A DNA stretch of 49,197 nt from a virus (IMGVR_UViG_3300021962_000170:1-49197), one strand, 5' to 3'; shown: positions 8,988 through 19,151, numbered from the stretch's first letter. Notes: generated by a model from the sequence alone, not told the origin. Made by a program: numbers and translations.

Positions 8988-9754
8988 ATAAATCACTGGC
9001 AATCAGACCTCCTGTACTACCTTGTGTGCTAGATGTCATTGAAAAAGTTAAACCTGATTTTGATAGAGTATCAGAATACAATACCAACATAATCGAGTGG
9101 CTCAAACCAGTTGTTGACTTAACTGGTTTCTACGTGTATCCAATGAATGGAATTACAGAAGGTTTGAATTGGTGGAGTGGAACTACAGAGTTCAATATCT
9201 GGCGGGAGCAAGGTGACTATCAATGGATAGAGAACATCAACGGAAGATCACATCCGACGATAACATATCAAAGCATCCCAAGTGCAATCCACGGTAACTT
9301 TGTAGAACCTACATCTGGACCGACTGTATTAGATCTGGCATATGTTGGGTCAACAAAGGTTACTCCAATAACGCTACACAAAGACGTCTCAGCAGTATTC
9401 TACAGCCTGAGTAAGTCGTTTGGTGTTCGCAATGTAAGAACAGGTTGGTACTTCACAAGAACACCAGATCGTCGCTTAGAGGGGTTGATAGGATCAGCCA
9501 AGTATTACAATTACTATGCTCACGATGTGGCTGAAACAATCATAAGCAATTTTGACATTGATTTCATCCACAACCTATTGGCCACATACCAATCGGACAT
9601 CTGTCAGCAACTTAACCTAACACCAAGCGATAGTGTGTGGTTAGCAACAACGACTGACCCACTATATGATAAATTCAAAAGAGGAGACATTAATCGTGTC
9701 TGTATTGCGGAAGAAGTATCAGCTACCTACTGTAGCTCACTTGGATCAAATTGA
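8969..9754 (+). CDS. PLP-dependent aminotransferase-like protein
   Basis: NGITEGL, LDLAY, FYSLSKSFG (PLP lysine), RTGW. Confidence 0.7.
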   Translation: MLEQILNKSLAIRPPVLPCVLDVIEKVKPDFDRVSEYNTNIIEWLKPVVDLTGFYVYPMNGITEGLNWWSGTTEFNIWREQGDYQWIENINGRSHPTITYQSIPSAIHGNFVEPTSGPTVLDLAYVGSTKVTPITLHKDVSAVFYSLSKSFGVRNVRTGWYFTRTPDRRLEGLIGSAKYYNYYAHDVAETIISNFDIDFIHNLLATYQSDICQQLNLTPSDSVWLATTTDPLYDKFKRGDINRVCIAEEVSATYCSSLGSN

Positions 9755-10331
9755 GATTAATTTAGCAAGGCTGCAAAGTGAATGTGACAAGGTTGCTTCA
9801 CAGTTTGTCGATGTGATTACTGCTAACCCAGCGTTGTGTATGAACCATGAAGAGCTGGTTAAGAATGTCTATGACAACTTTGAGCAGATCAATCTAACTG
9901 AGCTCAATGGCGAAATGATGGAACATACCGACGACATCAAGGAACGAATTCGTCGAAGAGAAGAGACGCTGTATAACAAACCAACAAAGTTGTATGAAGG
10001 CAGCTACTTTCAAGAGATTGTTAATCAGTTTAAAGCTCCTGCAATGAGAGTTCGCATTACTAAGCTGGAGGCTGGTAAGCAGATTCCCTGGCATATTGAT
10101 TATGATCCTTCATATGCTACTCGAATCATTATTCCAATCTACACCAATACAATGGTTGAAAACTGGTTTAATGTAAAGGGTGTTGAAACTAACATTCATT
10201 TAGAAGCTGGTAAGGCATATTTCCTAAACACTGGTTTCTCACACGCTGTATTCAACAATAGCAAAATGAGTCGTATTGCCTTAATGTTTAGCTTGGATGG
10301 ACAAGATGATTTGGAAGCTATCACCAATTGA
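9666..10331 (+). CDS. aspartyl/asparaginyl beta-hydroxylase-like oxygenase
   Basis: RVRITKL, IPWHIDYD, RIIIPI, NTGFSHAVFN, RIALM; start uncertain. Confidence 0.8.
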   Translation: MINSKEETLIVSVLRKKYQLPTVAHLDQIEINLARLQSECDKVASQFVDVITANPALCMNHEELVKNVYDNFEQINLTELNGEMMEHTDDIKERIRRREETLYNKPTKLYEGSYFQEIVNQFKAPAMRVRITKLEAGKQIPWHIDYDPSYATRIIIPIYTNTMVENWFNVKGVETNIHLEAGKAYFLNTGFSHAVFNNSKMSRIALMFSLDGQDDLEAITN

Positions 10332-10761
10332 TTCACATCTTGATGATATTAAACAGCTATTCAGCCAAAATGCAGACCACAAGCACGCTGACAACTATCT
10401 AAAGAATCCGTTGTTTGAGTACACCAAGTTCTCCAGAATGGGTTGGGATCCTCAGTTGGTTTACTATAGTGCAGGGATTGAACGACCTGAATACAACGGC
10501 AGTATTCGGATTATGAGTCGGCACACAAGATCGCGTAGCTACAACTTTGGTGGCTTGGCGGCTGACCTAAAAAGAGGTGTGGAGACTCTTGACCTATCTA
10601 CAGACTACGCATTGTCATTGGGCTATACTAACATTTGGGTTAGCAGAGAAGAATCTCCAGAGTTGTTGCAATACTTTGCAAAGACAAGTAAATATAACTG
10701 GAAAGTCACGCGGGAGGAGCTTCCTGGAAGCAATTTACAATATGTTTTGAGAATGGTATAA
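10297..10761 (+). CDS. GNAT-fold-like hypothetical protein
   Basis: Size and RIMSR...YALSLGYTNIWVSRE pattern resemble GNAT acetyltransferases; weak. Confidence 0.45.
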   Translation: MDKMIWKLSPIDSHLDDIKQLFSQNADHKHADNYLKNPLFEYTKFSRMGWDPQLVYYSAGIERPEYNGSIRIMSRHTRSRSYNFGGLAADLKRGVETLDLSTDYALSLGYTNIWVSREESPELLQYFAKTSKYNWKVTREELPGSNLQYVLRMV

Positions 10762-10763
10762 TA

Positions 10764-12338
10764 GTGAAAAAAACTAACATATTGTTGGGTACAATATCAA
10801 TAATACACTCAAACTGGCTTCCATATGCTGTGGGTTGTATCATCAGTCACTGCAGTAAGATACAAGAGATCTGCGATCAGTTTGAGTTCTTAACACCAAT
10901 CTACAAGCATTGCCCCGTCGAGCAGTATAAAGAGATACTTCTGCAGACAGATATCTTGGGCTTGACCTGTTACGTTTGGAATCAGCAGTATAATGATGAG
11001 CTGTCGATGTATTTTAAGTCAATCAATCCAAATGGGGTGGTTGTATATGGTGGCCCACAAGTTCCTGAGGACGAGACTCAAAAGCAACAATTTGATCAGG
11101 AGCGACTGTGGTTGCATACCAGCATCGCTGGACTAGGAGAGATTGCATTCAGTGAATGGTTGTTGGGGTTACCACTTAGCACCCGTAAGCTGACCGACAT
11201 CCCCACACCGTACACCGATGGAATATTTGAACAGTTGCTGTCATCTGGAGAAGACTTCAAAGTCAGCTTCGAGACCAACAGAGGGTGTCCATATAGTTGT
11301 AGCTTCTGCGATTGGGGCGGACAATCTAAATCAAAGCTGACTACATTTGATATTAATAAAGTGTATCAGACGATTGAATATCTTTACACTAAGAAGAACA
11401 TTAGCGAGTTGGAAATATTGGATGCTAATTTTGGCATCCTAAAAAGAGACATCGACATCATCGATTATATGATATTGCAGCAAAACATGAACGATAATAA
11501 CCTGAAAATATCATACAGTGGATTGGCGAAGAATGGAAGTAAAAACCTCCCAATTATATTAGAGAAGATCTTCAATAATGTGTCGATTGACCAACGCAAT
11601 TTAAAGATCAGTTTTCAGACTCACACTCCTGAAGTATTAAAGATAGTCAATAGATCAAACATTGACAACAATCGGTTGCTGCCTCTTATTCAGCAGTATA
11701 AGAACAACAACATTCCAATCACTAGCGAAATGATAATTGCTTTGCCAGGTGAAACGGCGGACAGTTGGTTAAAGACTCTTCATCATAATTACCATGGTTT
11801 GGAAATCGATTACGTACGTACATACTTCCTACACCTTGTAACTAATATTGAAATGATGACACCAGCTTATAAGCAGAAATATGATATAAAGACTAAGGTG
11901 ATTAAGATTGGGCATCAAGAGTTTGAAATAATACATAGATGCTTTAGTTATAACTTAGATGAATTGGTAAAGATGTTTGACTATCATTGGTTTTATCACA
12001 ATCTGATAAACACCAATTTGTTAAAACCTTACGTGTCTAATTTGTATGATGATTGCATTAGGTTCTTTGATGAGCTAAACAATTACCGACAATTGAGTGA
12101 CATTGTGCAATCTAATCGACAACTGATAAGGTTAATATTTGCAGATGAAGATACTACACAATTGGAAGACAAGTTGAGTCAACGATTTTTTAGTTCGAGT
12201 ATGCGCCGAGATGATATTAAGATGATGCTAAATAACCAAAAAGCAATAGCTGATGAGTTGTCAATGTTTATTGGCGAGCGATTGGATATTAAGTGGGAAT
12301 GTAACGACATCTTCGGTGCAATGGCAACAATACAATAA
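10764..12338 (+). CDS. B12-binding domain radical SAM enzyme
   Basis: WLPYAVG, YVWN, VYGGP, ETNRGCPYSCSFCDWG, DANFG, LPGET. Confidence 0.9.
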   Translation: MKKTNILLGTISIIHSNWLPYAVGCIISHCSKIQEICDQFEFLTPIYKHCPVEQYKEILLQTDILGLTCYVWNQQYNDELSMYFKSINPNGVVVYGGPQVPEDETQKQQFDQERLWLHTSIAGLGEIAFSEWLLGLPLSTRKLTDIPTPYTDGIFEQLLSSGEDFKVSFETNRGCPYSCSFCDWGGQSKSKLTTFDINKVYQTIEYLYTKKNISELEILDANFGILKRDIDIIDYMILQQNMNDNNLKISYSGLAKNGSKNLPIILEKIFNNVSIDQRNLKISFQTHTPEVLKIVNRSNIDNNRLLPLIQQYKNNNIPITSEMIIALPGETADSWLKTLHHNYHGLEIDYVRTYFLHLVTNIEMMTPAYKQKYDIKTKVIKIGHQEFEIIHRCFSYNLDELVKMFDYHWFYHNLINTNLLKPYVSNLYDDCIRFFDELNNYRQLSDIVQSNRQLIRLIFADEDTTQLEDKLSQRFFSSSMRRDDIKMMLNNQKAIADELSMFIGERLDIKWECNDIFGAMATIQ

Positions 12339-12354
12339 CATATGGAATATTTAA

Positions 12355-12891
12355 ATGAATGGTAATATCATACCTCGATGGAACAAGTACTTCTTTAATC
12401 CTGTTGAGTTGAACTTAAATGATGATCAACGCGACTTGTTAAAAGAGAAGTTTCACAAAAGTGTTGAACGTGGATATATGTACATTGATAAAACACTGAC
12501 AACATATTATGCAAATTTGGAAATGTTGGAAGGAATATATCCCGACTACATCATTGAGGACTTAGCGAGAATCACTACAGGATGGGGATTCTGTACCAGC
12601 ATGGGTCTGATTCCAAAGCATGTTGACGCTCAACGTGTAGCTTGCATAACGATTCCAATATACAACGATGACAATGTTCCTTTAGAGTTCTTTGACTACC
12701 ACGACAAGCAAATCATTGAGACTCTACACTACGGTTACGGCACATGGATACATCGCACAAAAGAGGATCACCAAGTCAGCGGAAAGAGCAGTACACTGCG
12801 TGTGCACTTACAGGGCGATGTGTTTGCTCACAACTTCGACAACTTGCTGTATGAGTACGAAGAGAAGCTACTGTTCAAACCAAAGCAATGA
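12355..12891 (+). CDS. putative 2OG-Fe(II)/cupin-fold oxygenase
   Basis: IPKHVD, ITIPI, HQV, RVHLQ. Confidence 0.6.
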   Translation: MNGNIIPRWNKYFFNPVELNLNDDQRDLLKEKFHKSVERGYMYIDKTLTTYYANLEMLEGIYPDYIIEDLARITTGWGFCTSMGLIPKHVDAQRVACITIPIYNDDNVPLEFFDYHDKQIIETLHYGYGTWIHRTKEDHQVSGKSSTLRVHLQGDVFAHNFDNLLYEYEEKLLFKPKQ

Positions 12892-13508
12892 TAGTAGTTG
12901 TTGGCACTCCACGATCAGGAACAACATTTGTGGTTAATTGGATTGCCAACAATAATCCAACTTACAACCTGATGTGCCCAAACGATCTTGGTGAGTTGTT
13001 CCAACCATATTTCTACACAACTGATGACCATGATAAAGAAACATTCAATAGGTTGTCTTTACTTACCAATCGCAGCATTTTTAAGCTGCACACGGGAGTA
13101 GAGATGTCGCCGCGGGTGTGGAAATTAATCGATTGCCGGCCAGTAATTGTGGTTCGACGGGCGGATGTGTTAGGACAGTTCATTAGCTTTGGGTTTGGTA
13201 ATCATACAGACAAATGGGTGACATACGACAGTTCTGGGTCTTCTGACATTCAGCCATTCTATTACAAACGAGAGTGGTTTGACGATTTGGCACAACGGCT
13301 AATCGAGCTGGATAACAGATTGCCCACTCTAAATATAGTACAAACAATATGGTATGAAGACATACCCAACATGAAGCCAAATGGTAGGCTGCCTCAGAAA
13401 CAAAATAATGGAACGAATGCTGATAAGATCAAGTCTATATTAAACCAGGATGAGTTTCTTGATTGGTATAATAAATTTGCAAAGGCACGTCAATGTACAA
13501 AGAGTTGA
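12888..13508 (+). CDS. sulfotransferase-like P-loop protein
   Basis: N-terminal VVGTPRSGTT PAPS-binding loop, GELF, RRxD...QFIS, YED. Confidence 0.75.
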   Translation: MIVVVGTPRSGTTFVVNWIANNNPTYNLMCPNDLGELFQPYFYTTDDHDKETFNRLSLLTNRSIFKLHTGVEMSPRVWKLIDCRPVIVVRRADVLGQFISFGFGNHTDKWVTYDSSGSSDIQPFYYKREWFDDLAQRLIELDNRLPTLNIVQTIWYEDIPNMKPNGRLPQKQNNGTNADKIKSILNQDEFLDWYNKFAKARQCTKS

Positions 13509-14101
13509 TAAAAGATAGTCTATGGGTAATTGAGGATTTCCTCTCACCCGAAGAATTTGATACGATGTATAACCAATACGTCACTGCACAGTTCGACGAT
13601 ATGCTACACGTTAATAATCAGAAGTTTAAGCCACTAATGGCTGACACAGATATGAGTTATCGTGTAGTGACAATGGACCTATACAAGCCAATTTATAAAA
13701 AATTGAATCAACTCTCGATCGATCGGTTTGGTTGTGAGATGCCAGAAGAGAAGTTTCACGGGCTGAATATGCAGTACAAGCGGTTCTATCCTGGTGACTT
13801 CTATGCGTTGCACGCAGAAAATAACAAGATCTACGGTGATATGGTGTACGTTCTATACTTGAGTGATGAAGTGGATGGTGACATTGAGTTCCCAAGTCTT
13901 GAGGATGCTAAGCTGGAATGGAGTGATGGGTTTCAGCAGATGACAGAGATGTTTGACGTTTCATTTGCAGATAAAACATTTAAGTTTACTCCTAAGAAGA
14001 ACACGTGTATAGTAATGAGAACAGGTGTTGCACATCTTGTCAGACCGTGTAGTGGTCAACGTCACAGCATTGCAGGCTGGCCTTGGTTTAAGAGAAAATG
14101 A
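13493..14101 (+). CDS. 2OG-Fe(II) oxygenase (prolyl hydroxylase-like)
   Basis: IEDFLS, YALHAE, VLYL, GDIEFP, HLVRP, RHSIAGW. Confidence 0.75.
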   Translation: MYKELIKDSLWVIEDFLSPEEFDTMYNQYVTAQFDDMLHVNNQKFKPLMADTDMSYRVVTMDLYKPIYKKLNQLSIDRFGCEMPEEKFHGLNMQYKRFYPGDFYALHAENNKIYGDMVYVLYLSDEVDGDIEFPSLEDAKLEWSDGFQQMTEMFDVSFADKTFKFTPKKNTCIVMRTGVAHLVRPCSGQRHSIAGWPWFKRK

Positions 14102-14688
14102 ACTTCCATATTCAAGTCCCCAACCTACCGTACGATGTCAAACAGCTAATCGATTTAGCTGCTGTCGTTCCTTGGTATGGTTTGCCAAACCAAACACTAT
14201 CAGACGGTTTAGTGCCAATTGAGATGATTCCAGATAGCATATGTGAATTCTTTGGGGGTAGGCAATCATTTTGCTCGGCTGGGTTCATACGAGGTGATGC
14301 ACATTTTGAGATAGCTGCACATGAGGATCGTGATCTGCTAGAGAACATATCAGCTCTTGGTGAAGCGTGGCACAGTGCTATTGGTAGTTGGCCTACTAGT
14401 TACATGGAGTGGTTAGTCAAAACAAGTAACAGGCTCTGTGCACTTTCTATTCCAGTTGTTGGTGAGTTTGACAGAGTTGTCACTACACTAATTCCAACAG
14501 ACCCTAACCTGGCTATTGAGACTTTCACATTGGATCCTTACCCTGTATTGTTTCAAACAAATTGGGGTGTCAAGCATAAAGCAAAAAGCACTTCTGACCA
14601 TGAACGATTAATGTTTCAAGTTTCGTTTGGAGACAACAATGATTTCAATACCATCAAGCATAAGATTCTTGCCACTCGACCTACCTAA
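14098..14688 (+). CDS. putative 2OG-Fe(II)/cupin-fold oxygenase
   Basis: AAHED, ALSIPV, KH, ERLMFQVSF. Confidence 0.55.
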   Translation: MNFHIQVPNLPYDVKQLIDLAAVVPWYGLPNQTLSDGLVPIEMIPDSICEFFGGRQSFCSAGFIRGDAHFEIAAHEDRDLLENISALGEAWHSAIGSWPTSYMEWLVKTSNRLCALSIPVVGEFDRVVTTLIPTDPNLAIETFTLDPYPVLFQTNWGVKHKAKSTSDHERLMFQVSFGDNNDFNTIKHKILATRPT

Positions 14689-15307
14689 GTTTCAATATAA
14701 GCAAAAGGTGTTGGATGAGTTTAAGCCTGACACAGACTTTTACTTTTGGAGTGAAGAATACATTACCCATCGTGACAGATCAATTCCGTTTCACGATCCA
14801 ATGCCTATTAAGGATGGAGCTCACCCCGAGCTAGTCGACTATGCCAACACACACTTTCCATTCACGGGCACGGTATTGTTTAAACTCGTCAGAGCGAACG
14901 TAGATGTCAAGCCTCACGTTGATGACAACTACGTTGACTACTACGGTCCCAAAAAAGATTACAACACAATCACTCGAGAGTTCAGAGACCATCAGCTAGC
15001 CACAGAACCTTGTGGATACCGAATGACAATTGAAGGTGACCGTAAAAGCCTTTACTTGACAGATGGAGAGCCATCTCTTGTTGATGGTAAATTAGTCTAT
15101 GGTGAGATCACTCAACATATTGACACAGAGGTTCCAGAGTCAACTGATTGCTTTGCGTTGAAGAGCTACGGCAGCATGCATGGCGTAAAGAAGACTGACA
15201 AAGACAGTAACAGACTGCTGTTATTTGTGGTTGGCTGGCTCGATTTGGATCGTCATACTGAGCTGGTAAATCGTAGCTATGAAAAATACAAAGAGTATGT
15301 GAGATGA
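14639..15307 (+). CDS. putative 2OG-Fe(II)/cupin-fold oxygenase
   Basis: VKPHVD, EPCGYR, MHGV, RLLLFV; ATG 14639 after GGAG. Confidence 0.55.
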   Translation: MISIPSSIRFLPLDLPKFQYKQKVLDEFKPDTDFYFWSEEYITHRDRSIPFHDPMPIKDGAHPELVDYANTHFPFTGTVLFKLVRANVDVKPHVDDNYVDYYGPKKDYNTITREFRDHQLATEPCGYRMTIEGDRKSLYLTDGEPSLVDGKLVYGEITQHIDTEVPESTDCFALKSYGSMHGVKKTDKDSNRLLLFVVGWLDLDRHTELVNRSYEKYKEYVR

Positions 15308-15573
15308 ACATCTGGTCAGTTGCAACTTACGTAGCAAAGAGTGACATACACGGACAAGGTCGTTTTGCAGATCAGAATATTGCACAAGGAACGATAGTGC
15401 TGCAAATTGATGGCAACATTCACAAGAATGAAAACCAAAGCTACGTCAACCACAGCTTGAAGAACAACCTCAACTACATTGGAGACAAAACGTGGATTGC
15501 AAATAAAGAGATTGCAGCTAATGATGAGTTGACAATGAATTATCTACAATGGGTTAAGAGTGTGCCATTTTGA
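15304..15573 (+). CDS. minimal SET-domain protein
   Basis: KSDIHGQGRFA, YVNHS, IAANDELTMNY. Confidence 0.85.
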   Translation: MNIWSVATYVAKSDIHGQGRFADQNIAQGTIVLQIDGNIHKNENQSYVNHSLKNNLNYIGDKTWIANKEIAANDELTMNYLQWVKSVPF

Positions 15574-16052
15574 AATATGCAGTAACAGGTAATAGCAAAC
15601 GCTTTGGGAAGTTAATTACTGATGAGCTAACAAAGCGAAATATACCATACATTGGCTTTAGTAGGTCCACAGGTTATAACTTTGCTGATGTTGACACAAT
15701 AATTAAACACTCAGTTGATTGTGATGTGTTTATTAACAACGCATGTATAAACAACTGTCAAGTTGAGATATTAGCTAAATTCTATCAAGCGTATCGGAAC
15801 ACCAACAAGATAATAGTGAACATTGGCAGTCTAATAACAGATGTTGATGTGATAAACAATGCTCCACATTTGATATACGAACAGTCCAATAAGCTACAGT
15901 TACGTAATATGAGTGAGATGATGCAGTCATCTCTATTGTCAGTAAAATACCTTACGTGGGGATTCCATCATGGTAATCCTATTTTAGATTACTTTCCCCA
16001 TTTATTAGACACTACAACCATTCCTGAAGCAATTGATCAGATATTAATATGA
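15570..16052 (+). CDS. short-chain dehydrogenase-like Rossmann protein
   Basis: AVTGNSKRFG, DVFINNA, IVNIGS, YxxxxK. Confidence 0.7.
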   Translation: MKYAVTGNSKRFGKLITDELTKRNIPYIGFSRSTGYNFADVDTIIKHSVDCDVFINNACINNCQVEILAKFYQAYRNTNKIIVNIGSLITDVDVINNAPHLIYEQSNKLQLRNMSEMMQSSLLSVKYLTWGFHHGNPILDYFPHLLDTTTIPEAIDQILI

Positions 16053-16624
16053 TGGAGTATGTTTGCGGCCCAGCTTGGGATAGACGATTGTTTGATATTA
16101 CCCCAAAAGGTAATATTGGTATAATGATTACTGGTGGATTAGATAGTTGGGTGCTTTATAATCTTTTGGTATCGACAGGATCTGACATAACATTGTTTAA
16201 TGTTCATCGCAAAGATGGGTTTGATAATCCAGATCGCGTTACACTTTTAACAGGTAAAGAAGTTGTTAAGATTGAGGATAAATCACAACACAGTGGAGAA
16301 CGTGTTGCACGTGGGGTTGATACAATTTTAGCAGAATATCCAATCGATCAACTGTACATTGCTATTAATCGAGATCCACCAGTTGAACACTTTCCACAGT
16401 TTACAATGGAAGGGCGACCTTTTAGGCCGTGGAGAATTTATCATCCACGAATTTGTGCACCATTCTTGCAGCTGTACAAATATCACATTATTGATCTTGC
16501 AACCTCTTTAAATATTGATGTTGGCCTAACCCTTAGCTGTATTGCTAATAATAGTGATCCGTGTGGTGATTGCTGGCAATGTCTAGAAAGACGGTGGGGG
16601 TATGAACAACTCAATAAACCTTGA
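16049..16624 (+). CDS. QueC-like PP-loop ATPase
   Basis: ITGGLDS PP-loop; SC-x7-CGDCWQC zinc site; K.HII. Confidence 0.7.
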   Translation: MMEYVCGPAWDRRLFDITPKGNIGIMITGGLDSWVLYNLLVSTGSDITLFNVHRKDGFDNPDRVTLLTGKEVVKIEDKSQHSGERVARGVDTILAEYPIDQLYIAINRDPPVEHFPQFTMEGRPFRPWRIYHPRICAPFLQLYKYHIIDLATSLNIDVGLTLSCIANNSDPCGDCWQCLERRWGYEQLNKP

Positions 16625-17219
16625 TATCACACATCGCTGTTCTCTTGAGTGTGTAAAATGTCTCAGAGCATTCTACAAGGATAATGGTAATAAGGTTCCT
16701 GGCTACGACATGACTGTTGATGAGTATGTCAAGGTGATTGACTACTTTAAGCATGTTAACTTCTGTGGCAACATTTCTGATCCTGTTTTCAGCCCAAACC
16801 TGATAACATTCCTCAAGCTAAATTATGACCGAGGGATTACTTGCGAGGTGCATAATGCAGCAACAGGCAAACCACTTAGTTGGTATAGACAAGCGTTTGA
16901 AGCTAACCCAAAAGCTCGCTGGATCTTTGGTATTGATGGATATCCAGAAGACAGCCACCAATACAGAACTAACCAAAATGGCGAAGCTCTGTTTGAAGCT
17001 ATGAAACTGTGTGCACAAATGGGATTGGATACAACGTGGAGATATATCACATTTAGATATAATGAAGACCACATTGACGATTGTAAGCGTATAGCCAAAC
17101 ATTATGGTGTTAAATTTCACCTTATGGAATCCAGCCGCTTTGTTAAAGATGATCCGTTAAAACCAACTAAACATTATGTAGATCGGGATTATGAGCAGCA
17201 TTTATCCAAAGTGTATTAA
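16602..17219 (+). CDS. radical SAM enzyme
   Basis: DITHRCSLECVKC, FCGNISDP, FGIDG, FRYNE. Confidence 0.88.
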   Translation: MNNSINLDITHRCSLECVKCLRAFYKDNGNKVPGYDMTVDEYVKVIDYFKHVNFCGNISDPVFSPNLITFLKLNYDRGITCEVHNAATGKPLSWYRQAFEANPKARWIFGIDGYPEDSHQYRTNQNGEALFEAMKLCAQMGLDTTWRYITFRYNEDHIDDCKRIAKHYGVKFHLMESSRFVKDDPLKPTKHYVDRDYEQHLSKVY

Positions 17220-17478
17220 CAATCAACAGCAGATTGGGCACACAGCTCAAGGATACATTCTACCGTGCTGCTGGTGGGATCGTCCCAATTTGTTTAATGG
17301 TGAGATCAAAGATCTTGTTCAAGAGAAGTTCAAACTGACCAACGTCAATTCTGTAGCAGATATATTTGAGTCAGAAGAATGGAAGACTTTCTATCATAAC
17401 CTATCAAATGGTATCGGACCTAGCCTCTGCCACACATTCTGTGGTGGGGCTGATGTAAAAAAAACCATTCACGACTAA
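17191..17478 (+). CDS. stand-alone SPASM/Twitch-like Fe-S domain
   Basis: PKC, GYILPCCW, C-terminal CHTFCG; directly follows the radical SAM gene. Confidence 0.7.
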   Translation: MSSIYPKCINNQQQIGHTAQGYILPCCWWDRPNLFNGEIKDLVQEKFKLTNVNSVADIFESEEWKTFYHNLSNGIGPSLCHTFCGGADVKKTIHD

Positions 17479-17486
17479 ATTGTCTG

Positions 17487-17515
17487 TTGACTTTACTACA
17501 ACAACTCTGTATAAA
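17487..17515 (+). promoter_or_regulatory. sigma70-like early promoter
   Basis: ctgTTGACT-N17-TATAAA. Confidence 0.65.
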
Positions 17516-17546
17516 GGTGATCCGTTCATAACAACAGGAACACATC

Positions 17547-17882
17547 ATGGCTATGAAACATCTCTTCTATCCAGATAATCAAAAGTTTGACTATGGTCGG
17601 TTTAGCATTACAAAACTTTATCCTACTTCGTGCTGGAAAAAGCATCTTGATAACTACTTCTACCTTCGCTTCATCCTAGATCGCTCTGATGACCGAGAAG
17701 AGCGTTGGGTAGCAAACAAAGAAATGCAAATCGCCGAAAAGAAGATGAAGTACTGGGAAAGAATGCCAGAGTTTGATCAAGCTGTTGCTGATGCATACTT
17801 GGAAAAGTTGAAGAAAACTTGGAACCTCTCCAACAACAATTGCAAGTATGTTTTGGATCAAGATTACCGTCCAAGAAAATAA
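17547..17882 (+). CDS. hypothetical early protein
   Basis: AGGA RBS, downstream of early promoter. Confidence 0.7.
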   Translation: MAMKHLFYPDNQKFDYGRFSITKLYPTSCWKKHLDNYFYLRFILDRSDDREERWVANKEMQIAEKKMKYWERMPEFDQAVADAYLEKLKKTWNLSNNNCKYVLDQDYRPRK

Positions 17883-17905
17883 TCCAAAAATATTCAGATG
17901 CCCTG

Positions 17906-17934
17906 TTGACTTTATGTCGACGGGGCATTATATT
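17906..17934 (+). promoter_or_regulatory. sigma70-like early promoter
   Basis: ctgTTGACT-N17-TATATT. Confidence 0.7.
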
Positions 17935-17957
17935 AATAGCAACAGAGGAGAGATGAG

Positions 17958-18116
17958 ATGGTTACGGTAGAAAATAAGACGACTGGTGAAGTTGTAGAGT
18001 TCGAAACCTTTGGTGCCGCCGAGATGTTCACCACGTGTTTTGAGTATGGTGACGAGTTCTACATCGACGGCGTTCAGTATGAAATCGTAGAAGGTTTTCC
18101 AGAAATTAAAGAATAA
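17958..18116 (+). CDS. small acidic early protein (52 aa, not in ORF track)
   Basis: GAGGAG RBS; MVTVENKTTGEVVEFETFGAAEMF...FPEIKE*. Confidence 0.7.
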   Translation: MVTVENKTTGEVVEFETFGAAEMFTTCFEYGDEFYIDGVQYEIVEGFPEIKE

Positions 18117-18119
18117 CTG

Positions 18120-18148
18120 TTGACTTCACGACGACAAGCTACTATATT
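18120..18148 (+). promoter_or_regulatory. sigma70-like early promoter
   Basis: ctgTTGACT-N17-TATATT. Confidence 0.7.
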
Positions 18149-18179
18149 ATACTCATAGACACACACAGGAGACTACAAA

Positions 18180-19151
18180 ATGGCTCACGAACTCGAAATC
18201 GTAAACGGTGTTGCTCAGATGGCTTATGCAGGCGAGACGCCTTGGCATGGTCTGGGTGTTCAGGTCTCGAATGATCTGACTCCCGAGCAGATGATGGATA
18301 AGGCTGGCCTTAACTGGGCAGTTGAGAAAAAGGATCTGACGATCGAAGGGACGAACATCAAGGTTCCTGGCCATCAGGCTCTGATCCGTTCGTCAGACAG
18401 CAAGATCTTGGATGTTGTTGGCGAAGACTGGAACCCTGTGCAGAACGAAGAAGCATTCAAGTTCTTCTCGGAGTATGTGCTTGCTGGCGACATGGAGATG
18501 AACACTGCAGGCTCGCTCAAGGGCGGCCGCAACGTGTGGGCTTTGGCTAAGGTCAAAGAGTCGTTCACGATCCTTGGCAGCGACCAAGTTGATTCGTATC
18601 TGCTGTTCAGCAACCCTCACCAGTACGGTAAGGCGATCGACGTTCGCTTCACTCCGATCCGTGTCGTCTGCAACAACACTCTGACGATGTCGCTAAACTC
18701 AGCTTCGAAGAACCAAGTCAAGCTGAACCACCGTTCTGTGTTCGATGCTGAGACTGTCAAGACGACCTTGGGCATTGCTCACGAGAAGTTTGGCAAGTAC
18801 AAAGAGATGGCAGAGTTCTTGGCTTCCAAGAAGTTCTCGGTCGACTCCTTGATCCAGTACTACAACGATGTGTTCCCTCACACGTACAACAAGGACAAGA
18901 GTGTCAAGGTGACGAAGGCTGACGATCTGACCAAGACTGCAAAAGCAGCAATGGCTGTTCTCGACACTCAGCCTGGTGCTAACTTGGGTGCTGGTACTTG
19001 GTGGCAGGCGTTCAACTCTGTCACGTATCTGACTGACCACGAGATGGGTCGTTCTGCAGATACTCGGATGGAGTCGGCTTGGTTCGGTATCAACCAAGCT
19101 CGCAAGATCAAAGCTGCTCACAAGGCTGTGGAATACGCCACAGCCGCCTAA
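18180..19151 (+). CDS. DUF932 / phage-plasmid-like protein (TIGR03299-type)
   Basis: MAHE..., PWHGLG, AGLNW, VQNEEAF, TAGSLKGGRNVWALA, TPIRVVCNNTL, GTWWQAFNSVT. Confidence 0.85.
   Translation: MAHELEIVNGVAQMAYAGETPWHGLGVQVSNDLTPEQMMDKAGLNWAVEKKDLTIEGTNIKVPGHQALIRSSDSKILDVVGEDWNPVQNEEAFKFFSEYVLAGDMEMNTAGSLKGGRNVWALAKVKESFTILGSDQVDSYLLFSNPHQYGKAIDVRFTPIRVVCNNTLTMSLNSASKNQVKLNHRSVFDAETVKTTLGIAHEKFGKYKEMAEFLASKKFSVDSLIQYYNDVFPHTYNKDKSVKVTKADDLTKTAKAAMAVLDTQPGANLGAGTWWQAFNSVTYLTDHEMGRSADTRMESAWFGINQARKIKAAHKAVEYATAA

Noticed and set aside
16049-16624. Complete 7-deazaguanine DNA-modification pathway
   Set aside because: Only a QueC-like gene is visible; no recognisable folE, queD or dpdA in the window.
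3942-17478. RiPP precursor peptide for the enzyme cluster
   Set aside because: No short ORF with leader/core or repeat character was found in the few intergenic gaps.
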